Source of the DNA: Bacteroidaceae bacterium
Lineage (GTDB): Bacteria; Bacteroidota; Bacteroidia; Bacteroidales; Bacteroidaceae
Direction: 5' to 3'
Assembly (NCBI GenBank): GCA_963636255.1
Contig: CAVHJI010000001.1
Coordinates: forward strand, 1-46,560
Length of the DNA: 46,560 nt
The notes under the pieces were generated by a model. That model saw nothing but the letters and a program-made list of their open reading frames with translations. It ran no database searches and was not told the DNA's origin. Both the position numbers and the translations under genes were made by a program. Of the stretch, positions 34,782 through 44,900 are shown in pieces (the first letter of the stretch is position 1; each line of letters begins with the position of its first letter).

Positions 34782-36879
34782 CGAAATCGCACATATCATA
34801 GCAGAGAATGATAGGCGCAACGACGTGATGTTCGCCAAGTTCGACCCTGTCACCGGCGAGGGCTCCATCGGCGACAGGGTGCGCGTCTGCATCTCCGACT
34901 TCGCAGTGCCGGTGCAGTACCTGCCTGCCGAGATGATGAGCATTCCGTTTGTCAAGATGCTCGTCGAGGCCGGCTCCATCAAGGCGTTCCTTGCCGACAA
35001 ACTGCAGGTCACGCCAAGCGCCGGCGACTACACCAAGGTCTCGCGCACGCTCATACGCCTGCGCTTCAAGCATGACTTCCCGTTCTGGGCGGCCACGCTT
35101 GTCTACATACACAACAAGAAAGCCGGCAATGACGTTCTCTTCCGGCTCTACTACCCACAGCGCATCCTCGTCTCACGCTTCGAGGCAAAGCGGAAGGCGG
35201 GGCTGCCCATACGTCTCATTCTCCTGAAGGCACGCCAGTGGGGAGGCTCCACCACCACACAGCTCTACATGGCATGGCTGCAGTTCGTGCACAAGAAGGG
35301 CCTCAACTCGCTCATCATCGCACACCAGGGGGCTGCTTCCGATGAAATCAAGGACATGTTCGACCTCATGATTTCACGCTACCCTGTGGAATTTCTCCAC
35401 GGCATGGGAGAGGCATATTCCGTCAACGAAGACAAGCTCGTCGGTGTCGGCAAGTCCGGCTCCACGCATCGCGTGCCGCAGCGCAACTGCAAGATAAAGG
35501 TGGGCACAGCCGAGCGTCCGAACGGCTGCCGTGGCGGCGCCTACTCGCTGGTGCATCTCTCCGAGGTCGGCCTCTGGCAGAAGACCGAAGGCAAGTCGCC
35601 ACAGGACATCGTGCGCTCTGCGTGCTCCGGCATCCTGCTCGAGCCATACACCATGATTGTCATGGAGTCCACGCCCAACGGCACCGGCAACTTCTTCCAC
35701 ACCGAATACACGGCTGCTGCGGACCCGACCATCAAGTCGCAGTATGAGGCGCTCTTCATCGCATGGTTCCAGATAGAACAGTATGCACGCCCCTTCAAGT
35801 CGCCTGATGAGATACGGGCCTTCGCGAAGGCGCTCTACGACAACCGGCACAACGCCTATGTACCGTCCAACCGCGAGGAGAGCGGACGTTATCTGTGGTC
35901 GCTGTGGGAGAAGGGAGCGTCGCTCGAGGCCATCAACTGGTACATCGAGGAACGCGCCGGAAAGGACGACTTCGCTATCATGGCGTCTGAATACCCGTCC
36001 GACGATGTCGAGGCCTTCGTACACTCCGGCACAATGGTCTTCGACAAGTATCTGGTCAAACGCTTCGAGACTTCTTGCCGCCCGCCGCGCTTCATCGGCG
36101 AGGTCTATGCCAAAGGCGATGAGGGCGAGGACGCGCTCGAGGGGCTGCACTTCCAAGAGGACCGGCAGGGGCTGCTCTCCATCTGGGCCAAGCCGGAGAC
36201 CTACGACGACTACGAGGTTACCGACCGCTATCTCACCGTCGTCGATGTCGGCGGACGCTCCAACAAGGCCGACTGGTCTGTCATCGTCGTCTTCGACCGC
36301 ATGAGCATGGTCGACGGCTCCGAGCCGCCGTCGGTCGTCGCACAGTGGTATGGCCATTGCGACATCGACCGCCTCGCATGGAGGGCTGCGCAGATCGCTG
36401 CCTACTACAACAACTCGCTGTTGGTTATCGAGAGCAACACCTTGGAGACGCACGACAAGGAACGACAGGTGGAGGGTGGCGACCAGTCGCAGTACATCCT
36501 CAACCAGATCTCCGACATCTACCCGAACCTCTATGCACGCCGGCAGTCAGAAGATGAGATACGCGAGGGCTTGCCGCGCAAGTATGGCTTCCACACCAAC
36601 GTCGCCACCAAGCCGATGATCATCTCTACGCTCGTCAAGGTCATACGCGACAGGCTCTACATCGAACGCGACAAACGGTGCCTCGACGAATATATCACCT
36701 ATGAACGGAAGGCTAATGGTGCCTATGGTGCCATCGTCGGCAAGCACGACGACCTGCTCATGACACGTGCCATCGGACTGCACATCTGCTTCCGGGAGAT
36801 GGACATGCCACAGCTCGTGCCTGTCGTCTCGCGCACACATAAAAAGAATAGAGGCCCCGTCTCCGAGGCCTCTATCTAA
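34762..36879 (+). CDS. terL: Terminase large subunit
   Basis: LKARQWGGST (Walker A), HLSE (Walker B), ESTPNG, and nuclease motifs VDVG and HDDLLM. Start could be 34762 or 34771. Confidence 0.92.
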   Translation: MTNMENSEIAHIIAENDRRNDVMFAKFDPVTGEGSIGDRVRVCISDFAVPVQYLPAEMMSIPFVKMLVEAGSIKAFLADKLQVTPSAGDYTKVSRTLIRLRFKHDFPFWAATLVYIHNKKAGNDVLFRLYYPQRILVSRFEAKRKAGLPIRLILLKARQWGGSTTTQLYMAWLQFVHKKGLNSLIIAHQGAASDEIKDMFDLMISRYPVEFLHGMGEAYSVNEDKLVGVGKSGSTHRVPQRNCKIKVGTAERPNGCRGGAYSLVHLSEVGLWQKTEGKSPQDIVRSACSGILLEPYTMIVMESTPNGTGNFFHTEYTAAADPTIKSQYEALFIAWFQIEQYARPFKSPDEIRAFAKALYDNRHNAYVPSNREESGRYLWSLWEKGASLEAINWYIEERAGKDDFAIMASEYPSDDVEAFVHSGTMVFDKYLVKRFETSCRPPRFIGEVYAKGDEGEDALEGLHFQEDRQGLLSIWAKPETYDDYEVTDRYLTVVDVGGRSNKADWSVIVVFDRMSMVDGSEPPSVVAQWYGHCDIDRLAWRAAQIAAYYNNSLLVIESNTLETHDKERQVEGGDQSQYILNQISDIYPNLYARRQSEDEIREGLPRKYGFHTNVATKPMIISTLVKVIRDRLYIERDKRCLDEYITYERKANGAYGAIVGKHDDLLMTRAIGLHICFREMDMPQLVPVVSRTHKKNRGPVSEASI

Positions 36880-36888
36880 TCACTTCGC

Positions 36889-38847
36889 TTACTGCTGCAG
36901 CATCTGCTGCGCCTGCTGTACGGCGCCCATGTTGGCATTCTGCTGGGTTTGCCGCGCCAGCTCCGGCGACAGACCGTCCGGTGTTTGCCCTTGCTCCACC
37001 TGTTCTTTCTGCGACTTGATGCTCTGCAGCAGCTCGTCGGCAAACGGGAAGTCGCCGTGCTCCAGGAGCTGCTCCACGCTGATGGCCTGCGACTGCCACA
37101 GCTGCATCAGTATGTCGTTGCTCAGTGCACGGTAGGCTGGGGTAGCGGTGCTCTCCACGATGCTTAGGTCAAACTCCACGTCACGGATCTTACGCGGATC
37201 ATACTCCACGATGGCGGAGTTCTTGCCGGCGATGTTGAACACGCGGCGGGTGTCGTAGAACTGCTGGATGTTCTTCACGTCCTTGTACGCGCCTTCGCGC
37301 ACAAATGCCGAGAACGTGTCCAGAAGGTCCAGCAACGATGTCGTGGCGTTCTGCGTCTGCTGGCTGTATAGGCTTGCCGACATTCCGCTGTAGCCGGGCT
37401 TGCCCTGCAGTGCTCCGTTCACGCCCGATATGTCCTCGAAGAACTTCAACTGCATGTTCAGGAGCTCCGAGATGCCTATCTGCGTGCAGTTGTTCGCTAT
37501 CTGGTGCGGGAGCGCTGTGCCGGTCTTCGGCTGCTTGATCATGATAACGCCGTTGAACCTTGCCCACTCGTCGGCCACGTCTTCCATCGACATGCCCTTG
37601 GGCAGACATTCCTCCGGAAACAGCAGCACACCTTTGGCGCTCGCACGCATGATCCAGTCGTACATGGTTATCAGGCGGTTCGTGTAGCGCTGCTGGTCTA
37701 TCACATTGCTCACGAACGAATGGATCTCGCCGTCGATGAACGGATAGGCCTTCCACACATACGGATGGCTCTTGTGCTCATAGGGCGTCTCTCCTTCTTC
37801 CAGGATGTCTCCGGCTGGCGACAGCATGTAGTAATACCAGTAACTGTCCATGAACCACTCATAGCGGATAAGCGGGGCCTCGTCCTCGCTCATGCCCAAC
37901 TCAAGGGCCTGCTGCAGGCGCTTCGCGTTCTCGTCGGCCACAAGCGCCTGGAAGTCCTCCACGTTCACCTTGAACACGTCACCGTTGTTCACGTCATGAC
38001 AGCGCACACGGGGCTTACTCTCCTTGCGCCACACCTCTATCACCCTGCAGCGGGTGGGGTCATAGGGCACCAGGAAGTCATAGTAGCCTTGCAGCGGATA
38101 GCCGAAGTCGTCAAACGTACTGCTAAGGTAGGTCTTGTCTTTCGCAAACTTGTATATCTCCTCCAGCCGGCGATAGTCGCTGGCGTTCTTGGCAAAACGG
38201 CCGCACAGCTCCTCGAACGACACGTCATGCACCTCGCCCACGCACGAGCAGTCCCAGCCCCGGAAGTCCCTCATGTTGTTGTCGATGAAGAAGTTGTTCG
38301 GCTGCACGTAGTCCGTCCAGCAGTCCAGCTTGTTCTCGCGCCAGCCATACCACTTCCGTTGCACCACGAAACCGCTTATCAGGAATTCTTCCATGCACCG
38401 GGCATTGATCTCCTGCATGCGGTTCAGCTGCATGTTGCATTGCAGCACCGTGCTCATCGTCTCGCCATACTGCTGCTCGTCGCGGTCACGCGCCGTGCAT
38501 GTCGGCTCCTTGGCTTGACTGCGGTACACGCCCAGCACGGCCTGCACCATCCGGCGGATGAGGTTGTTCTTCAACGGCACATTACCCTGCTGACGTATCA
38601 GGTCGGCTTCCTTGATCTTCTTGCCGTCCACGCATACCCAGTCTTCCCACTGCCGGCCGTAGGTGTAGTTTTTGTTGCGCTCGCGGTCCTGCCGGAACGT
38701 CTCCATCGACAGCCAGTACTGTTGCGCCTGCCACAGCACCTCGAAGGCTCTGTTCTCGCCCAGCGTCCGTCGCGACGACTTCACCGTGTCCAGCTCGTCA
38801 TGGCGGGGCATCACGCGGCTCATCTTATGTAGTCTCTTTGTTGCCAT
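36889..38847 (-). CDS. Portal protein (P22-like)
   Basis: YGRQW..PLKNNLI, IDQQRYTNR and ISGVNGALQG motifs, with a Q-rich C-terminal barrel. Start set at MATKRL, downstream of the promoter. Confidence 0.8.
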   Translation of the reverse strand: MATKRLHKMSRVMPRHDELDTVKSSRRTLGENRAFEVLWQAQQYWLSMETFRQDRERNKNYTYGRQWEDWVCVDGKKIKEADLIRQQGNVPLKNNLIRRMVQAVLGVYRSQAKEPTCTARDRDEQQYGETMSTVLQCNMQLNRMQEINARCMEEFLISGFVVQRKWYGWRENKLDCWTDYVQPNNFFIDNNMRDFRGWDCSCVGEVHDVSFEELCGRFAKNASDYRRLEEIYKFAKDKTYLSSTFDDFGYPLQGYYDFLVPYDPTRCRVIEVWRKESKPRVRCHDVNNGDVFKVNVEDFQALVADENAKRLQQALELGMSEDEAPLIRYEWFMDSYWYYYMLSPAGDILEEGETPYEHKSHPYVWKAYPFIDGEIHSFVSNVIDQQRYTNRLITMYDWIMRASAKGVLLFPEECLPKGMSMEDVADEWARFNGVIMIKQPKTGTALPHQIANNCTQIGISELLNMQLKFFEDISGVNGALQGKPGYSGMSASLYSQQTQNATTSLLDLLDTFSAFVREGAYKDVKNIQQFYDTRRVFNIAGKNSAIVEYDPRKIRDVEFDLSIVESTATPAYRALSNDILMQLWQSQAISVEQLLEHGDFPFADELLQSIKSQKEQVEQGQTPDGLSPELARQTQQNANMGAVQQAQQMLQQ

Positions 38848-38872
38848 ATTTGTCTTTTTAGTAGCGACGGCG

Positions 38873-38914
38873 CGAAGATAATACTTCACACCGTCACCTT
38901 GCTCTTAACTATTG
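38873..38914 (-). promoter_or_regulatory. Putative late promoter for the portal gene
   Basis: Minus strand reads CAATAGTTAAGAG-N21-TATCTTCG. Confidence 0.6.
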
Positions 38915-41900
38915 TTGCTTGCGGCTCGCATTCACACGCTCCACCAGCTCTCGCATCAGCGCCGTCCGCTCTTCCGTCAGTGCCTTGCGGTCCTCCGCGG
39001 GCAGCGTCTCGTCTTTCAGCTCTTTGCTGATGGCGTCGATGTCACTGCCATACTCTTCAAAGATCTCCATCCGGCGATACTCCGGCGAGTTGTTCAGCTT
39101 CGCAATCTTGTCGGCATAGTCAAACACTCCGTCGTCGGTGTCATTCTCGTAGTTGACAAGACGGCTGCGTGTTTTCTGATACTCGTCACGAAGCCGGTAG
39201 TACTCGTTCGTCAGCGCACGGCTCTCTGTTCGTTCGTCGCCGTTCTTCACCAGGCGGTTCACGATAAGGAAGCTCTTCGGGTCATACTCGCGGTCGCCCA
39301 CAACAGTCTCGCCCATCTTCACCATGCGGTTGATGGTGTTCGCCACACCGCCGAAGTAGCCGGTCAGCAGGTATTCCACCATCGCAGGGTTGATGTCTAT
39401 CGCGCCTGGCGTGTAGCGGTCGCCGCCTGTCGCCTCGTTAAGCAGTTTGCTTGCGTCCACCAGCTGCTCATTGGCGCTCTGATAGGCCTTCGTCCACTCC
39501 GGCATGTCTTTGTTCCATTCGTTGTCGCTGTAGATAGGCATGCCGGTCCAACCTTTGTTCGTCAGCACTTCCGCAAACGGCTTCACACTGCTCGGTACAA
39601 ATGGGTTCCAACCTCCACCGCCTTCCAGGAAGTCTATCGGCAATGCTTGGCTCAACTGCCCGGCAATACCTGCAGCAAGCTCGCCGCCCGTCTTGTGCTC
39701 CTTGTCACCAAGCGCACTGGCGGCAAGCTCGCCCAAGCCATAGAGGACGCGATATTCCACCGGCAACGGGATGCTTATCCACTGCTCGTCCATGCCAGGC
39801 AGCCGGAACACGATGTTGCTTCGGCGTACATACTCCGGCAGGTTGTAGTAGCTGTTGCGTGTATCATCATCGTCATCGTTGCCGAGTGCCGCCATCACCG
39901 CTCCAAGCAGGAACATCGCTGCTGCACCGCCAAGGGCTTTCTTCGGGTTGCGCGATGCGTTCTTTCCGAAGTTCCATGTTCCTTGAATGGCTGCGTTCCA
40001 GAACACATACAAGCTGCGCCCGGCGCCTGACAGGAATGAAGCGACACGGGCCGAATTTTTCTCGCCGGTAGCATCTATAAACTTGGCTCCGCTGCCCTTC
40101 TTGTTGAAGTTCACGCTGATCTCCTTGGCGTCCCACACCGCACGTTCCACGCTGCGCTTCATCTCCATCGACGTTACGAAGGCTGCAAATCTTGCACAGT
40201 TCTCCACGGCCCTGTTATACTCGTCGAAGCGCTCGCCAAGCAACGCCCAGGCCTTTTGCAGTGGCAACTTCCCGTTGTTCTTCTTCAGTTCACGCTTGAT
40301 GTCGTTCTTGCGCTGCTCTGTGTCGCGGAGGTTCGAGTAGCCAGTCTCGCCGCCGTTCATCATAAACTGGTAGAACAGTTTATCCGTCCTGTCGCTCATG
40401 TCGAGCTCGCCATTGCGCAGACGTGCGAACAGCATCTTCATCTTCGCGGGGTTCACCTTCGTGAAGTTCTTATGGAAGCGCCAGGCGTAGCCGGGACTTT
40501 CTTTCACCCATGCCATCGTGTTCGAATAGATTGCATCTCTCATGAAGTTCGACACCACAAAGTCCGGGTTGCGCGTCGTGTAGAAGGCGCTAAGCTGGCG
40601 GTTCAGCACCTCACCCCAGTGCATCACCTTTCCCAGCGCACCGCTCTGGTCGTTGTCAGGGTTCGTTTGTCCGTTCAGCGCCTGTGCTGCTCTCGGGTTG
40701 CCGTTAATGGTCAGCACGTAGTCCTTGCCGTTGCGCTTCACGATCACCTGGTGCTCGCGTTCCATGCTCGTCTCCACCACCCGGTATGGGATATTCGGGT
40801 GTTCCTTCTGCCGTACAAACTTATCCGGTTCTGCTGCCGACAGCTGCCGCATGGCTTCCTCAAAGGTCTCCATCTTCGCCTCCACCTCGGCGGGCGTGTC
40901 GTCAGGCTCCAGCGCCTCCGTGCCTGCCACGTCGCCGGTGTTCATCGGCATCCATTCGTCCTTCACGTCGTCATAACGCAGCCACAGGTCGCTCACGCTC
41001 ACAAGGTCGCTTGGATGCGCCAATGCGAAGTTCAGCATCTTCTGCTTCACCAGCACATTGCGGTTGCCCTGCATGATGGCGCTCTCGGCCATCGCCTCCA
41101 TGTTCGCGAACGGGTCGTCGGCTTTACTCTTGCGGCCCTTTGCCGTCTTTATTGGGCTGCTGAAACCGCTCTTCCGGTCGTTAAGGTAGGCATACACCTC
41201 GTCGCTCGTCGTCTCGTCGAAGCCTCGCAACGGGATGTAGTTGTCATACATGCCTTTGATGTCGTTGTACGTCTCGCGGTCTATCATGCCACTCTGGTAT
41301 GCCTTTGTCAGCGTGCCCTCTGTCACGGCCTGTGTCTTTGCCCACAGCTCGGCGGTGTCATGTTCGCCTTCGTAGGCCTGCACCATATTCCGGGCCTCGT
41401 CTTCTGCGTCCGCCACGTTGTCGGTCTTCGTCAACGCCGTCAGGCCGGAGTAGTCATAGGCGCGATTTTCAAAGTACAGCTCTTCCTCTCGGTCGTCCAT
41501 GCGTTGCTTCACCTCGTCAACGGCAAACTGCAGCAGCGGGTCCAGCGGGTCGTCGTTCAAGGCACGTTCCGCATTGCGCAGCTCGGCGCCCAGTTCCTTC
41601 ATGGTCTGCTTCTCGGCAGCTCGGCGTGCCATCACCTCATTGCGCTCCAGGCCATGCTTCGCCATCATGTAGTCCGTCAGCTCTGCACGCTCGCCGGCGG
41701 TCTTCGCCAGTTTCGATACCTCCTGGAGCAGGGGTTTGAACAGCTTCCGGTTAAATTCCGATGCTTCGGCCTGGTTCACGCTCGACAGGCGGTTCTCGCC
41801 AAGATACGGGTTCTCATATCCCGGCACGTCTTCTATGCGGACTTTCTTGCCCTTGCCTTCGGCCTGCAGCACAGCGTCCATCGCCTCCTTCAAACCCAGC

Positions 41901-44900
41901 ATCGAATCCTGAAGGGCTTCCTGCGTCTGGTACATGCCACGGCTCACACGGCGCTCGTAGGTGCCGCGGGCCATCGCTTTCTCATACTCTCGGTCGTCGC
42001 CGTCACGGAACATTATGTCGTCGTCATCGTGCCTGCTGGTCTCCGGCTTCGCATCACGTCCGGCTTCCTTGCCGGGCGTAGCTTCGCCATATCCGGTCTT
42101 CCGGCGCATCACCTCGGTGTCGGCTGCATCGAAGATCGAAGGACGGCCACCGTTCTTCTTGCGCTTGTACGCCTCGTGCAGCACAAACGCCCAGTCCTTG
42201 TCGTTCCACTGCCGCTTGCCCGGTATCTTCAGGCCTTTCAGCAGGGCGTCAAGTGCCTTCTGAAGCACGGCCTTCACCTTGCCCCAGAATGTCTGCTCCC
42301 CGGCGCTCATCTTCTCAAAGCCTTCCTCGCCGATGCGCCCGGCAAGGTCTGCAGCATACTCCTCCGTGGCATCGCGCTTCATCTGCTCGCGCTTGCCGGC
42401 GGCCTCCACATGGGCTTCTGCCATGTCTGCATAGTAGCTGGCGTTGCTGTTCTCGCCCTTGGCCTCATGCTCCCTGCGCTTGTGCTCGCGGATGCGGTCC
42501 ACCTCGGCGTCGTACATCTTCTGGGCCATGCTGTCGATGGCCTGCCGTATCTCGTCTTTCGACATGCGGTACATCTCATCAAGCGCATTGTTCAGTTTCT
42601 CCTCCTCGGGGAACAGCACACGCAGACCGCTATGGCCCACCACCTCATGCACAAACGTGTTCTCCACGTCTGCCATGTTCGCGTTGTTCGGCACCACGAT
42701 GGTCACCTCGCCTGTCATGGGGTTGAAGCTGCCCTTCATCCGGCGCTGGCGCACGCTGGGCAGTGCAGCCACCTCTTCGTCTGTGCGGACGATATGCACA
42801 GGTGTGTTGAGGCGCTCCGACAACTCGGTCACCCTTGCTGTCATGGCCTCTTCCATTTCGGCCTTCGGCACGCCTACCCACTTGCCGGACATCTTCGCGT
42901 TGATGCGTGCGATGTCCTCGTTGGTGACAAACGGCACCTGGCCTTCCTTGCCGGGGATCACGTCACGTTCTTCCCAGACCAGCTCGTCGAGCCTGCGGCT
43001 CTCTTCGGGTGTCAGCTCCTTGCCGGCAGGCTCGAAGTGGTAGCCTTTCTTTTCAAGCTCCTTGCGCATTTTGTCATTCAACTCGAAGCGATAGCCCTTC
43101 TCCTCCAGCAGCCTGCGCACCTGTGGCACAAAGCGGCTGTAGTCGCGATGCGTCGTCTTCTCCCGCTCCTGCGGGTTGGCCTTCCAGTATTTGTCGATGA
43201 GCTCTGCCTCTTCCTCGCGTGTCAGCACCTTGTCTATCTTGCTCCAGCGTGAGAGGTACAGCGTGCGTCCGTTGTTCCACAGATGGGCGCCGGTGGGCTT
43301 GGCGGCGTAGTCGGCATGGTAGGGCTCGTCCAGTTCGCTCTTCGGGATAAGACAACGCACCACCACCAGGTTCGGGCGCTTGTAGGCGCTCGCAAACTGC
43401 GTGTTCAGCGGGGTCTCTACGGCATGGTCATAGGGGTTGTAGTCTGCCCACAGGCCGCCGTCCTCCGAATTTTTCTTCAGGAAATACTGCAGTTTGGCCT
43501 CGCCTTCCTTCGGCTTCACGAATTTCAGAGCGTCGTTCAGCTTCAGCTCCGTCACCTTCTTGCCGTCCACCATGATGTAGCCGTTCCGGTTCAGTTCGTC
43601 CAGCCGTCGTTGCTGCTCGTCTGTGAGCTTGATCTCCTTCGGTGCCGAATAGTTCCAGCGTCGGCCCTTCAGCGTCCGGCGCTCGCCTGTCACCGCATCC
43701 GTGAAGGCCATCGGCGAGCCAAGGTCGTCGTCTTCGAACGCCTGCACGTTCCGGTACACCTCCACCAGCTCGTTATCCTTCAGAGCCTCCAGCTCCCTCG
43801 CCTTCGGGTCGTCGTCCTCCAGCAAGCGGAACTTTATGCCATCGTCTTCCTTCCTGTCGTGCATCATCTCTGCGCTCATCTCGAAGCCGCCGGCATCGCG
43901 AAGGGCCTCCACCATCTCTGTGTATTTCTTCCGCTCGGCCTCATCGTAAAGCGAACGCACAGGCATGCGACCGAACTGCTCGGCGGTAAGGTTGTCCAGG
44001 TCTTTGCCCGTCCATCTCGTGAAGGCCGACTTCACGCCGTTCCACATCTCGCGCAACCAGTTCATGGCCTTCTCCAGCCATTTCTTGTCGGTCACGCCCG
44101 TCACCTTCGAGATGATCTCCTCGTTCTCCGAACCCGTGAAGCGGCTGATGCACTCGCTAAAGATTTGGCGGTCAGTGGCGTCTTCGCCAAGGGCCTCCAG
44201 GTCCCGTCGCACGTCCTCCCACATCGGCGTGTCCTTCCACAGCTCCATGCCGCGTGCGTAGAGACGCGGATTGTTCGTCTCCACTACCTTCATCCAGATG
44301 TGTGTGTGCTCGTGCATCGGCGTATTGGCGTTGAATACGTCGTCCTTCAGCACCATGCGGTCACCGACGGCATAGCCGTACACCATGCCGCCGGCATCGC
44401 GCAGCATCTGTGCGCGGCCCTGCTCGGTGTCGGCATCGAGCTGTCTGTCGAAGGCGTCGGCCGGCAGCACCTGCACATTGTCCTTGCCGTAGATGTCACC
44501 CAGCATCCTGACGATCGTGTCGCGCTCCTCGGCTTCTATCGACGTGTATTTCGTGGCCGCATTGATCTCCTTCATGATCTCACCGTCGAGCGCGATGTCA
44601 GAGACGCGGTTGCTGATGCCCTGTTCTTCTTGCAGATACCTGTCGAGAATCTCATGCCAGTTGTCGGGCAACTTGGCCTTCACCGGCGGCTGCACCACGG
44701 CCTTGCCGTCCTCGTCATACATACGGAAGTCGGTGAGCATCTTATAGTAGTCGGGATGCTCCGTCACGCCTTCATAGTCGAACATCGGCGTGAGGCCGTT
44801 CTTGCGACAATAGTCCAGATACACCTGGGCTGCCTGGCGTGCATCGCCGCCGTTCTTGCGCACAAGCGAGTTGAACTGCAGCACCTTGTCCACGATGTGC

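Noticed and set aside
43025..43112. Small internal duplication LEEKGYRFE / LEKKGYHFE
   Set aside because: Real but minor in-frame duplication with no evidence of separate function.
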